From an uncultured Gammaproteobacteria bacterium (GTDB lineage Bacteria; Patescibacteriota; Microgenomatia; UBA10105; UBA927): DNA of 64,000 nucleotides. Made by a program: the position numbers and the translations under genes. The notes beneath the pieces are model-generated. The model worked only from the letters and a program-made list of their open reading frames with translations, was not told where the DNA came from and ran no database searches. The first letter of the stretch is position 1. Each line of letters starts with the position of its first letter. The stretch spans positions 20,500 to 84,499 of the forward strand of contig CAZQTD010000003.1 in the NCBI GenBank assembly GCA_964596355.1. The letters are read 5' to 3'. Positions 8,483 to 21,068 of this stretch are shown piece by piece.

Positions 8483-9909
8483 AACACCTTCGTACACTCA
8501 CGCTTGTTAAAGCAGTTACGTTACTTAAGGCGAAAGAAATTTCGCATGAGCAATTGTACGATGACATATTTGAAGCAATAGAGAAAGACAACGCATACTT
8601 GAATATCTATTTGTCGCTTAACAAAACCGCGCGCAAAGATGCAGAATTTCAGCTAGATACACCACTCGCCGGTGTCCCTATAGCGGTGAAGGACAATTTT
8701 CTTACTATTGGATTACCAACAACCGCATCTGCCAAACTCCTTGATGGATTTATGCCGCCATACGAATCCACCGTGACGGATCGGGTGAAAAAAAAAGGAG
8801 GCATTATTCTTGGGAAGACCAACATGGATGCATGGGCGCATGGAAGTAGCACGGAAACGAGCGATTTTGGCCCGACGAAAAATCCCCTAAATCCCTCACA
8901 CGTGCCCGGCGGTTCGTCTGGAGGAAGTGCCGCGGCAGTTGCCTCAAATACATGCATTGCAGCGCTCGGGACGGAAACAGCCGGGTCTATTCGCGTTCCC
9001 GCATGTTGGTGTGGTGTGGTAGGATTAAAGCCAACGTACGGTCGGGTTCCGCGCACCGGAATTGTGGCAATGGGATCTTCGCTTGATAGCCCGGGACCGA
9101 TAACAAAAACTGTAGAAGATGCAGCGCTTCTTTTCACTATTATCGCGGGAAAAGACCCGTATGATGCCACGTCAATCGATAGACCTGTTGGCGATTGTGT
9201 CGCGAATCTCAAAAAGGGAGTAAAAGGGTTTCGTATTGGGATTTGTTACATGGATTATCCAAATCTAAAAAATCGGCAGGTTGCTTCATCGGTTGAGCGC
9301 GCGGGCAAAGTGCTTGAATCGCAGGGAGCGATCGTTGACATGATTCCGCTATCCCAAACATTAAAGCCTCATGCGATATTAACTCCTGATTACGCGATCG
9401 GTGTCTATACGGTTATTCAGCGAAGTGAAGTTTCAAGCAACCTCGCTCGGTATGATGGCGTTCGCTACGGTTTCGATAGGTTGCAGTTTGGCGCAGAAGC
9501 CAAAAGGAGAATCATACTTGGGACATTTACACTTTCTAAAGGCTACGCGGATAAATACTATGTGATGGCTCAAAAGGTCCGTAATCTCTATATACAAAAT
9601 TTTCAGCAGCTGTTTTCTACCTATGACATTCTTCTTTCCACACCTACTCCCGGAGTGGCACTCAAGCTTGGTGAAAGCGAAGGCAATCCGATGTTTGGAG
9701 AGCTTATTGATGTTCTCAACGAGCCCAGTTCGCTTGCAGGGATCACAGCCGTCAGCATCCCGTGTGCATGGGATGATACTACGGGCCTACCGCTTGGTCT
9801 TGCATTAATGGGTAATTACTGGCAAGAAGAAAAGGTGTTGCGAACCGCTTATGTCTGTGAACAGAGCTTCAGGGGAAATCCATGGGTATCCGGCTCCTTG
9901 GGAGCATGA
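8479..9909 (+). CDS. gatA: Asp-tRNA(Asn)/Glu-tRNA(Gln) amidotransferase subunit A (amidase)
   Basis: Amidase signature GGSSGGSAAAVA and its position in the gatCAB order. Confidence 0.9.
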   Translation: MKHLRTLTLVKAVTLLKAKEISHEQLYDDIFEAIEKDNAYLNIYLSLNKTARKDAEFQLDTPLAGVPIAVKDNFLTIGLPTTASAKLLDGFMPPYESTVTDRVKKKGGIILGKTNMDAWAHGSSTETSDFGPTKNPLNPSHVPGGSSGGSAAAVASNTCIAALGTETAGSIRVPACWCGVVGLKPTYGRVPRTGIVAMGSSLDSPGPITKTVEDAALLFTIIAGKDPYDATSIDRPVGDCVANLKKGVKGFRIGICYMDYPNLKNRQVASSVERAGKVLESQGAIVDMIPLSQTLKPHAILTPDYAIGVYTVIQRSEVSSNLARYDGVRYGFDRLQFGAEAKRRIILGTFTLSKGYADKYYVMAQKVRNLYIQNFQQLFSTYDILLSTPTPGVALKLGESEGNPMFGELIDVLNEPSSLAGITAVSIPCAWDDTTGLPLGLALMGNYWQEEKVLRTAYVCEQSFRGNPWVSGSLGA

Positions 9910-9917
9910 GGAATATA

Positions 9918-11255
9918 ATGACGTACGAACCGATCATTGGACTTGAAATACACGTTGAATTGAAAACCAAATCAAAGATGTTTTGCGGGTGCAAAAACGA
10001 TCCCTTTTTTGCACCGAAGCCTAACATCTATACGTGCCCTGTTTGTTTAGGGTTGCCAGGCGGTTTGCCAGTGCCAAACAAAAAAGCTGTCGAGTGGACG
10101 ATTATGTTGGGTTTAGCGCTCGGTTGCACCGTTAATCTTGAATCCAAATTTGATCGGAAGCACTATTTTTACCCAGATCTCCCCAAGGGATATCAAATTT
10201 CGCAACATGATATACCTCTTTGTCGAAACGGAGTCATCCATCTTCCCTCACGTGACGTGCGTATCCATCGTGTACACTTGGAAGAGGATACGGGAAAACT
10301 CCTTCATGCCACTATTGATGGCAAAAGGGCGACGTTGGTTGATTTTAATAGAAGCGGTGTCCCGCTACTTGAAATTGTTACCGAACCGGATATTCGAAGC
10401 GCTGACGAAGCAAAAGAGTTTCTTAAGAAACTCCATCACATCATTCGGTGGTTAGATATCTCTGATGCCGATATGGAAAAGGGCAGTATGAGGTTAGAGC
10501 CGAATATATCAGTGAGAAACGTACCAAGCAAAACGCTATTGCCTCCATATAAAGTTGAAGTAAAGAATATTAATTCCTTTCGGTTTGTGAAGAAGGCCAT
10601 AGATTATGAAGTGAATCGACATATCAGATTGCTTGAAGAAGGACAATTGCCCCTTCAGGAAACTCGCGGGTGGGACGAGAAGAAAGGTATAACGTTTAGT
10701 CAACGGCATAAAGAGCACGCTGATGATTATCGCTACTTCCCAGAGCCGGATATCCCACTGATGCGGTTTACTGAAGCAGAAATATCGAACCTCAAATTTT
10801 ACATTCCAGAACTGCCTGACGCGAAAAAAGCGAGATTTGTACAGGAGTATGGATTATCTGACATTGAAGCTGCCCAAATGACAGAAACAGTTGCTCGTGC
10901 GAACTATTTTGAGTCGGCTGTCCGCGCCGCGGAAAACGGCGAATTCACAAAGATACCTGTAACGCCCAAACTGGTTGCCAATTGGATAATAAACAGGAAG
11001 ATCGAAGAATCCATGGAGCCTGCACAATTGATTGCCGAAATAGCCAAATCGCAAGCGGTGGAAGAAGTATCCGATGATGTTGTCCAGACAGCAATAGGTA
11101 CTGTTTTTGCCGCCAATCCAAAGGCCGTTGCTGACTTCAGGGCCGGCAAAGAAAAAGTTAAAATGTTTCTCTTTGGCAATGTTCTGCGGGAACTTAAAGG
11201 GAAAGGGAATAAAAGGAGAATAATGGGGTTGCTTGAGCAGAGGCTTGCTTCTTAG
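9918..11255 (+). CDS. gatB: Asp-tRNA(Asn)/Glu-tRNA(Gln) amidotransferase subunit B
   Basis: N-terminus YEPIIGLEIHVEL. Start set to the ATG at 9918 after the SD. Confidence 0.9.
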   Translation: MTYEPIIGLEIHVELKTKSKMFCGCKNDPFFAPKPNIYTCPVCLGLPGGLPVPNKKAVEWTIMLGLALGCTVNLESKFDRKHYFYPDLPKGYQISQHDIPLCRNGVIHLPSRDVRIHRVHLEEDTGKLLHATIDGKRATLVDFNRSGVPLLEIVTEPDIRSADEAKEFLKKLHHIIRWLDISDADMEKGSMRLEPNISVRNVPSKTLLPPYKVEVKNINSFRFVKKAIDYEVNRHIRLLEEGQLPLQETRGWDEKKGITFSQRHKEHADDYRYFPEPDIPLMRFTEAEISNLKFYIPELPDAKKARFVQEYGLSDIEAAQMTETVARANYFESAVRAAENGEFTKIPVTPKLVANWIINRKIEESMEPAQLIAEIAKSQAVEEVSDDVVQTAIGTVFAANPKAVADFRAGKEKVKMFLFGNVLRELKGKGNKRRIMGLLEQRLAS

Positions 11256-11274
11256 ACAAGATAACGGTCTTGTT
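11255..11274 (+). terminator. Weak hairpin GACAAGA-TAACGG-TCTTGTT overlapping the gatB stop
   Basis: Seen directly. The U-tract is poor. Confidence 0.25.
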
Positions 11275-11297
11275 ACTATGATTTAAAACATAGTAAC
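11272..11297. promoter_or_regulatory. 26-bp palindrome GTTACTATGATTTAAAACATAGTAAC (one mismatch to perfect), 10 nt upstream of the dnaE ATG; candidate operator
   Basis: Near-identical perfect palindrome copy at 46402-46427 upstream of tdk. Confidence 0.5.
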
Positions 11298-11307
11298 GAG
11301 AAATAAT

Positions 11308-14300
11308 ATGGCAGATTTTGTCCATCTTCATACGCACAGCGAGTATTCGCTCCTCGACGGCTTAGGGAAGCTTGATCAGTTGATTGAACGGGCCAAGTCA
11401 TTTGGCATGGATGCGCTTGCCGTTACTGATCACGGCGCGATGTACGGAAGCTTCAAGTTTTACCTCAAAGCCAAAGCCGCGGGAATCAAGCCGATTCTTG
11501 GAGTTGAGACGTATGTTGCAAGGAGAAGCAGGTTTGATAAGGAAGCAAAAATTGATACAGACCCGTATCATTTGCTCCTTCTTGCCAAAAGCGAGACAGG
11601 GTACAAGAACCTCATGAAGCTTGTCACCTATGCGCACTTGGAGGGCTATTATTATAAGCCGCGTATCGACTGGGAACTTCTGACCAAGTATCACGAGGGG
11701 ATTGTTTGCACGAGCGCATGCATTCAAGGCGAGGTGCCGTCTCTTTTGCGGGAGGGTAAAGAGAAAGAGGCAGAAGAAACAGCCAGACGCTATGCCGAGT
11801 TGTTCGGCGTCGATCATTATTATATCGAACTGCAACGTCACCCGAAAATTGCGGAAATAGACCAGATCAACGCCAAACTCGTGAAGCTTTCGCGCAAGCT
11901 CGGTCTGCCGCTTGTGGCAACCAACGACATCCATTACGTGGACCCGCAGGATGCTGAAGCGCAGGAAATTCTGCTCTGCGTACAGACGCAGCGGACAATT
12001 CTTGACAAAGATCGGCCGCTGACGATGATTGACTCGCCGGATTTTTACATGCGTTCTCCCGAGGAGATGAAGGGGTTGTTTATCCAGTATCCCGAGGCGA
12101 TAGAGAATACGGTGAAAATTGCGCGCATGTGTGATGTGACGCTGTCGGTTGGCAAGTGGATTTTGCCGGAGTATCCGCTTGAAGCAGGCGAAACACTCGC
12201 CACGTACTTAAAAAAGCTTATTACTGATCGGGTAAAGGCAAAGTATCCCAATCCGACCAAAGAAATTAACGATCGGATTGCCTACGAACTGGATATTATC
12301 AACAAAAAAGGATATTCAACGTACTTTCTCATTGTATCTGATTTTGTTAACTGGGCGAAAGATCACGGTATTGCTGTTGGCCCCGGCCGCGGGTCAGCGG
12401 CTGGATCTGTAATTTCCTACATTCTTAATATCACGGGAATTGATCCGTTGTTCTTTAATCTGCCGTTTGAACGCTTTCTTAATCCATCGCGTCCAAGTCC
12501 GCCGGACATTGATTTGGATTTTGCAGATGACCGGCGAGACGAGGTGATTAAATACGTTACCGAAAAATACGGTGAAGATAAAGTTGCGCAAATTATCACG
12601 TTTGGCACCATGGAGGCAAAAGGAGCTGTCCGCGACGCGGGCAGAGCGCTCGGTATGCCGTATTCTGGGCCGGACCGGATTAGCAAGATGATTCCGGCAG
12701 GGTTTCAGGGGAGCGCGATGACAATAGACAAGGCGCTGCAGCAGTCGCCGGAGCTTGCTCTTGCGTATCAATCTGAACCCGAAACAAAGCGGCTTTTGGA
12801 TGTCGCGCGAAAACTTGAGGGGGTTGCTCGTCACGCGTCGGTCCATGCCGCAGGCGTTGTCATCGCTGACAAACCGCTTGTGGAATATACACCGCTTCAA
12901 AAAGAGTCAAAGGGTGAACGGATCGTGACACAGTACGACATGTATACGGTTGGAGAAGACGGTGTGGGGCTTCTCAAGATGGATTTTTTGGGACTGCGGA
13001 ACCTCACCATTATTTCTCAAGCATTGCGATTTATTAAGGATGTGACGGGGAAGACGCTTGATCTGCAAGCGATTCCGCTCATTGATAAAAAAACGTATGA
13101 GATGCTCTCGCTGGGCGAAACAACCGGCGTGTTTCAGCTTGAATCTGCGGGAATGCGCAGGTATATCAAAGAGCTTAAGCCCACAAATATTTTTGATCTC
13201 ATGGCGATGGTTGCGCTGTTTCGACCCGGACCCATGCAGGTTATTCCGGAGTTTATCCGAAGGAAGCACAATCCTTCGCTTATAACCTATCCGGATCGGC
13301 GACTGAAAGATGTACTAAAACAGTCGTACGGTATTATCGCATATCAGGATGACGTCCTCTTGACGGCCATTACGCTCGCCGGATATTCGTGGGGCGACGC
13401 AGATAAACTGCGCAAGGCAGTCGGCAAAAAAATTCCATCCGAAATGAAGAAGCAAAAGGAAAAGTTTATTGACGGTTGCGTGGCAAATGGCCTTACGCGT
13501 CAAAAAGCGGAAGTCATTTTTAATCTCATTGAGCCGTTTGCCGGCTACGGATTTAATAAAGCTCATGCCGCGTGCTACGCGATGATTGCATATCAGACTG
13601 CCTACCTTAAAGCTAATTATCCGGTAGAATTTATGACCGCAGTTTTGACTGCAGAATCCCGCGCAAATACAGGACCGGCACGCGACGACAAAATTTCGAT
13701 GATGGTCGCCGAGTGCAGGCGAATGAATATTGCGCTTTTGCCTCCGGATATTAACGCATCGGGAGTAGAATTTACGATCGAAGAGACGCAGCCTGCTGGC
13801 AGGCGCGCGATACGCTTTGGGCTTTCGGCGATCAAAAACGTCGGCGAGGCGGCAATTGAGGCCATCCTTGCGGCCCGCAGGGATAAACCGTTCGTAAGCT
13901 TGGGCGATTTTATGGCGCGCGTAGATCTGTCTAAGGTCAACAGGAAGACTCTTGAAAGCTTGATAAAGGCCGGAGCAATGGATGGGTTTGGAACGCGCGC
14001 GGCAATGCTCCTTTACGTACCGTTGGCCATTGATCTTGCACATAAACACAAGAAGCAGGCAGCAGCCGGACAAGTAGGACTATTTGAAGAAGCAAATGTC
14101 GCACACAGAGCCATGGACGCGCTTCCTCGTGTTGCCGAGTGTCCACAATCAGAGCTATTGGCGTGGGAAAAAGAACTCCTTGGATTTTATCTCACAACCC
14201 ACCCGCTTGAGCCTCATATAAAACTGCTTTCTGGCGTTGGAGCGGTACCTCTTGGGCAAATGACCGTAGAACACGTAGGGCAGCGAGTGACAGTTGCCGG

Positions 14301-14550
14301 GATTGTCGTTAACGTCAAAAAAATAACCACAAAGGCAGGCAACAACGAAATGGCATTCGTCAAAGTGGAAGATATGACAGGAAACGTGGAGCTGGTAGTT
14401 TTTCCAAAAATTTATATACGGACCATGGATATGTGGCGGTCGGATGTTGTAGTCCAGGTGATGGGCAAGGTGGACGAAAAAGATGATCGTTTGACGATTC
14501 TTGTCGATGACGCATCGGTTCTGGTATCCGTTAGAGACAATGGAGGTTGA
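11308..14550 (+). CDS. dnaE: DNA polymerase III alpha subunit
   Basis: N-terminal PHP domain HLHTHSEYSLLDG. 1080 aa. C-terminal OB fold. Confidence 0.9.
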   Translation: MADFVHLHTHSEYSLLDGLGKLDQLIERAKSFGMDALAVTDHGAMYGSFKFYLKAKAAGIKPILGVETYVARRSRFDKEAKIDTDPYHLLLLAKSETGYKNLMKLVTYAHLEGYYYKPRIDWELLTKYHEGIVCTSACIQGEVPSLLREGKEKEAEETARRYAELFGVDHYYIELQRHPKIAEIDQINAKLVKLSRKLGLPLVATNDIHYVDPQDAEAQEILLCVQTQRTILDKDRPLTMIDSPDFYMRSPEEMKGLFIQYPEAIENTVKIARMCDVTLSVGKWILPEYPLEAGETLATYLKKLITDRVKAKYPNPTKEINDRIAYELDIINKKGYSTYFLIVSDFVNWAKDHGIAVGPGRGSAAGSVISYILNITGIDPLFFNLPFERFLNPSRPSPPDIDLDFADDRRDEVIKYVTEKYGEDKVAQIITFGTMEAKGAVRDAGRALGMPYSGPDRISKMIPAGFQGSAMTIDKALQQSPELALAYQSEPETKRLLDVARKLEGVARHASVHAAGVVIADKPLVEYTPLQKESKGERIVTQYDMYTVGEDGVGLLKMDFLGLRNLTIISQALRFIKDVTGKTLDLQAIPLIDKKTYEMLSLGETTGVFQLESAGMRRYIKELKPTNIFDLMAMVALFRPGPMQVIPEFIRRKHNPSLITYPDRRLKDVLKQSYGIIAYQDDVLLTAITLAGYSWGDADKLRKAVGKKIPSEMKKQKEKFIDGCVANGLTRQKAEVIFNLIEPFAGYGFNKAHAACYAMIAYQTAYLKANYPVEFMTAVLTAESRANTGPARDDKISMMVAECRRMNIALLPPDINASGVEFTIEETQPAGRRAIRFGLSAIKNVGEAAIEAILAARRDKPFVSLGDFMARVDLSKVNRKTLESLIKAGAMDGFGTRAAMLLYVPLAIDLAHKHKKQAAAGQVGLFEEANVAHRAMDALPRVAECPQSELLAWEKELLGFYLTTHPLEPHIKLLSGVGAVPLGQMTVEHVGQRVTVAGIVVNVKKITTKAGNNEMAFVKVEDMTGNVELVVFPKIYIRTMDMWRSDVVVQVMGKVDEKDDRLTILVDDASVLVSVRDNGG

Positions 14551-14575
14551 CGAACGCACGAAGGTTTTGTACAAT
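14547..14575 (+). promoter_or_regulatory. ATP synthase operon promoter TTGACG-17-TACAAT, overlapping the dnaE stop
   Basis: Near-consensus hexamers and spacing. Confidence 0.5.
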
Positions 14576-14591
14576 GAGTGCGCTTGATAGC

Positions 14592-14921
14592 ATGATCAAG
14601 TGGCGTAAGACTCACGCTGTCCGTGAGTCGTTTAACGTTAGTATCGATGAGCGGAAGGGGTTGGTAGTTGAAAGGCGCGACAAAAAGAAACGAAAGGTGA
14701 CAGATGGACGCGATACCTGGTTTTATGTAGGGTTTGTGGGAGAAATAGGATTTACAATCGCACTGCCTATCGCTGGTGGAGCGTGTTTGGGATTGTTTCT
14801 TGATCGAACGTGGTCAAGTTATCCCAAGGCGACCATCGCGTTGTTGTTTTTTGGGATAGTGATATCATGTATTGCGTTTGTTGCAACAATTCGTGAAGTG
14901 ATAGGACGAAAGAACTCATAA
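14592..14921 (+). CDS. AtpZ/AtpI-family small membrane protein of F-type ATPase operons
   Basis: Two hydrophobic helices and its position as first gene of the atp operon. Start set to the first ATG after the predicted transcription start. The track start at 14547 is a TTG inside the promoter. Confidence 0.6.
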   Translation: MIKWRKTHAVRESFNVSIDERKGLVVERRDKKKRKVTDGRDTWFYVGFVGEIGFTIALPIAGGACLGLFLDRTWSSYPKATIALLFFGIVISCIAFVATIREVIGRKNS

Positions 14922-14926
14922 CCATA

Positions 14927-15652
14927 ATGCCGCATATATCGCTTGCTGCTGAAAAACTTGGCACAGTTTTTGGGGTGCCCATATCAAATTCACTACTTGC
15001 GACGTGGTTTGCGATGGGGGTTATATTCCTGCTTTCCTTTCTTGCGACACGCACTATGACGCTGGTGCCTGGTTACGGTCAGTCGATTGCCGAACTTCTT
15101 GTCGGCGGTCTATATGACTTTTTTGGAACCGTTGCCGGACATCACATACGACAATTTTTTCCTCTCATTGCGTCGTTTTTCATTTTTATTATTACTGCGA
15201 ACTGGATGGGGCTTCTTCCCGGCGTTGGAACCGTGGGTTTTTTCCACGGCCACGAGTTTACACCGATTCTGCGCGGTGCAACTGCTGATTTAAATACGAC
15301 TCTGGCGCTTGCGATCATTGCCGTTGTTGCAATCCAGTATTTTGGATTTAAGACAGTGGGCAAACATTACAGCACAAGGTTTTTAAACTTTAAAGACCCG
15401 ATCTATTTCGTGTTGGGAATCTTAGAGATTGTTTCGGAAATATCCAGAGTAGTTTCCTTCGCTTTTCGGCTATTTGGCAATATATTCGCAGGAGAAGTGC
15501 TTCTTACAGTCATGGCGTTTCTGATGCCTTTCGTCGTACCTCTTCCCTTTTTGATGCTTGAGTTATTTGTCGGATTTATTCAGGCTCTTGTATTTTCTAT
15601 GCTTACTGCGGTATTTTTAAATGTAGCCGTTTCGCACGGCGAAGATCATTAG
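14927..15652 (+). CDS. atpB: F0F1 ATP synthase subunit a
   Basis: Polytopic membrane protein with the conserved Arg-containing helix, in operon context. Confidence 0.85.
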   Translation: MPHISLAAEKLGTVFGVPISNSLLATWFAMGVIFLLSFLATRTMTLVPGYGQSIAELLVGGLYDFFGTVAGHHIRQFFPLIASFFIFIITANWMGLLPGVGTVGFFHGHEFTPILRGATADLNTTLALAIIAVVAIQYFGFKTVGKHYSTRFLNFKDPIYFVLGILEIVSEISRVVSFAFRLFGNIFAGEVLLTVMAFLMPFVVPLPFLMLELFVGFIQALVFSMLTAVFLNVAVSHGEDH

Positions 15653-15666
15653 GGAGGTGATTGTTT

Positions 15667-15894
15667 ATGGAGGAGGGATCGTTGAAACTTATTATGACCG
15701 GCCTTACAGTCGCGCTGGGGGGGGCCATGCCGGCGTTTGCCATCGGATGGCTTACGAGCAAGGCGCTTGAGGCAATTGGACGCAACCCTGAAGCGGCAGG
15801 AGACATCCGTACCAGCATGATTTTGGGTGTCGCTTTTGCAGAGGCTATCGCCATCTACGCGCTGGTTGCGGGTTTGATCATTAAATTCGTGTGA
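15667..15894 (+). CDS. atpE: F0F1 ATP synthase subunit c
   Basis: Two-helix proteolipid with the conserved carboxylate (FAEAIAIYALV). SD AGGGAGGTGA lies 9 nt upstream of the ATG at 15667. Confidence 0.85.
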   Translation: MEEGSLKLIMTGLTVALGGAMPAFAIGWLTSKALEAIGRNPEAAGDIRTSMILGVAFAEAIAIYALVAGLIIKFV

Positions 15895-15904
15895 CAAGGA
15901 ACAT

Positions 15905-16405
15905 ATGGATAAGTTAGGAATTGAACCAACACTTCTGCTTGCGCAGGGGATAAACTTTTTGATTATCATCGTCGTTTTATCAAAGCTTCTGTATAAGCCG
16001 ATTCTTACTATGCTTGAGAAGCGCAAAAAAGAAATCGAGGAGGGGATTCGATTAACCGAAAAGATGCGCGAAGAAGAGGAGCAGATGGCAATTCGTAAAC
16101 AAAAGATGCTTGAACATGCACGGAAGGAAGGCCAGGAGATTATAGAGGAATCAAGAAAACAAGCCAAGGAAGAAGAAAAAGATATCCTCGCCGAAGCGCA
16201 CCGACAGGCACAGCAAATTATGGATAAAGCGAAGGCTGATATCGCTCGTTTGCGAGAGGAAATGGAAAAGGACGTTCGCGCAAACGCGGTTACGCTGGGG
16301 GTTGCCATGGCAAAAAAATTATTAACGGGGGTAATATCGCAGCAGGACAAGCACAAGCTTATCCAAAAACACCTTAAAGAACTTGAGTCGGTTCGTGTGA
16401 ATTAA
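15905..16405 (+). CDS. atpF: F0F1 ATP synthase subunit b
   Basis: Single N-terminal transmembrane helix then a long charged coiled-coil region. Confidence 0.75.
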   Translation: MDKLGIEPTLLLAQGINFLIIIVVLSKLLYKPILTMLEKRKKEIEEGIRLTEKMREEEEQMAIRKQKMLEHARKEGQEIIEESRKQAKEEEKDILAEAHRQAQQIMDKAKADIARLREEMEKDVRANAVTLGVAMAKKLLTGVISQQDKHKLIQKHLKELESVRVN

Positions 16406-16417
16406 TGCTAGCGGCAT

Positions 16418-16771
16418 ATGGATCAATCGCTTACGAAAGACGCGCGGGAACTGGCAGACGGCGTTGTCATGTATTTGCGTCGTGAGACAAAGGATAAGAG
16501 CGTTGTTCCGAAAGTGGCGGCGCTGTTAACGAAGGTGACCGCGAGGGCACGAAAAGCGAATGTCGCACGCGTTGAGTCAAGCGTACAGCTTTTGCCCGCC
16601 GAGCAGAAGACTCTCGCCCGCGTGCTTGCCAAGCTCATCGGCCATGATGTAGCCATTGAGATGTCGGTCAAACCGGAGCTGATCGCGGGCATGCGTATGA
16701 CTGTTGGCGACTTTATTGTGGACACGTCATTTTCAACGTATCTTGATCAGATGGCAAAGACACTCCTATGA
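16418..16771 (+). CDS. atpH: F0F1 ATP synthase subunit delta (OSCP), unusually short
   Basis: C-terminal region [28 protein letters not shown] matches the delta C-terminus. Only 117 aa against the usual ~175 aa. Confidence 0.65.
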   Translation: MDQSLTKDARELADGVVMYLRRETKDKSVVPKVAALLTKVTARARKANVARVESSVQLLPAEQKTLARVLAKLIGHDVAIEMSVKPELIAGMRMTVGDFIVDTSFSTYLDQMAKTLL

Positions 16772-18287
16772 CAAACCACGACGTATCAGAGCGTATCGCA
16801 AAAGACTTAGCTCAAAAAATTGAGTCGTTTGAGCCATCGATGCAGGCGCGGCGCGTCGGCAGAATCATGTCTGTTGCAGATGGCGTCGCATTCATCAGCG
16901 GTCTTCCGCACGCACAATACTTGGAAGAACTTGCGTTTCCGATGAATATATTCGGGTTCGCGGTCAATTTAGAAGAAGACAGAATCGGCGCAATTATTCT
17001 GGGCGATTATCTTAAACTCCATGAGGGCGATGAAGTGCGGGGAACCGGCGCGTTGCTGTCGGTTCCTGTTGGAGAAGCGCTTTTGGGCCGCATGGTCAAT
17101 CCGTTGGGAGAGCCGCTTGACGGGAAAGGAGAGATACGTACGAAAACGCGATACCCGCTGGAAAAAATTGCTCCCGGAGTCGTTGAGCGACAACCCGTCA
17201 ATACACCACTTCAGACCGGTATCAAAGCTATTGACACGATGATTCCGATCGGCCGGGGACAGCGAGAGCTTATAATTGGCGACCGCAATACTGGAAAAAC
17301 ATCAATTGCCATCGATACAATCATCAACCAAAAAGAAGGAGACGTTATTTGCATTTATGTTGCTATCGGTCAAAAGACATCCCGAATCGCGCAGGTGACA
17401 GCGGAGCTTACAGAGTATAAAGCACTTGGTCACACGATTGTCGTTGCCGCATCTGCCGCGGATTCTGCGGCCAACCAATACATCGCGCCGTACGCTGGAT
17501 GCGCGATCGCTGAGTACTTTATGGATAAAGGCAAAGATGTCCTCATTGTTTATGACGACTTGAGCAAGCACGCGTGGGCGTATCGGCAAATTTCCCTGAT
17601 TCTGAAACGGCCAAGCGGCCGCGAAGCATATCCTGGAGATGTTTTTTATCTCCACAGCAGATTGCTTGAGCGCGCGTGCAGATTGAGTGACGCGAAAGGA
17701 GGCGGATCGATTACCGCGCTTCCGATTATTGAAACGCAGGCGAACGACGTGTCTGCGTATATTCCGACGAATGTTATTTCTATAACCGACGGGCAGATGT
17801 TTTTGGAATCTGATCTATTTAACGCAGGTCAGCGTCCTGCCATAAACGTCGGCATTTCGGTTTCGCGTGTCGGAGGAGCAGCGCAAAACAAAGCGATGAA
17901 AAAGGTTGCAGGGACGCTGCGATTGGATCTTGCTCAATATCGAGCGCTTGCGGCATTTGCGCAATTTTCAACTGATGTTGATGAAGCAACGAAACAGCAG
18001 ATAGACCGCGGTGCGCGCATGCTGGAGCTTCTCAAGCAGGGGAGATTTTCCCCCATGCCGGTTGAAAGACAAATAGCAAGCGTGTGGGCTGGCAGTAGCG
18101 GCTATTTGGATGATGTGGCGGTTTCTGACGTGAGTCGCTTCGAAAAAGAATTTTTAGAATTTCTCGATCGCTCCGGAAAAAAACTCCTTGCTTCTATTGC
18201 CAAAGAAAAAGTAATAACGAATGATATAGAGACAGGTTTAAAACACGCAGTGGGAGAGTTTAAACGAACATTTACCAAAACACAATA

Positions 18288-18288
<1 letters not shown>
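16768..18288 (+). CDS. atpA: F0F1 ATP synthase subunit alpha
   Basis: Walker A GDRNTGKT and strong alpha-subunit similarity. Confidence 0.9.
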
Positions 18289-20575
<2,287 letters not shown>

Positions 20576-20596
20576 GGTTCCTGTTTTTGCTATCCA

Positions 20597-21019
20597 TTGC
20601 TTATTATGGCATTTCATCTGGATATCATCACACCCCAGCGAAAAGCCTTTTCTGAAGACGTTGAAGCCGTATCCGTGCCAACATCGAGGGGAACAATCGG
20701 AATTCTTGCCCGTCACGAGCCGCTGTTTTCATCACTAACCGACGGAGAAATAAAAATTCAGACCAAAAATAAAGAGTTTTTTCTAGCGATCGGCGGCGGA
20801 TTTATGGAAGTTACGAAAAACGGCGTCCTTATTCTTGTTTCTCGTGCGGTGCACGCGGACGAGTTGAATGAATCAGAAATAAAACGAGCGCAGGAATCCG
20901 CGCGTCAGGTTATTGCAGGAAAGGCAAAGGGTGCAGAATTAGCCGAAGCACAGGCAGTACTACGAAGGAGCTTATTGGAGCTTAAGGTATACAAGCGAAA
21001 GAAGGGGCGTCCTCTTTAA
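20597..21019 (+). CDS. atpC: F0F1 ATP synthase subunit epsilon
   Basis: N-terminus LDIITPQRKAFSEDVEAVSVPTSRGTIGILARHEPL. Confidence 0.8.
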   Translation: MLIMAFHLDIITPQRKAFSEDVEAVSVPTSRGTIGILARHEPLFSSLTDGEIKIQTKNKEFFLAIGGGFMEVTKNGVLILVSRAVHADELNESEIKRAQESARQVIAGKAKGAELAEAQAVLRRSLLELKVYKRKKGRPL

Positions 21020-21024
21020 GCACA

Positions 21025-21053
21025 TTGACACTTCATCATTCCTTCGTTACACT
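21025..21053 (+). promoter_or_regulatory. Promoter TTGACA-17-TACACT for the CBS-domain gene
   Basis: Consensus -35 and good -10. Confidence 0.45.
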
Positions 21054-21068
21054 CGATTGAGGTATTGT

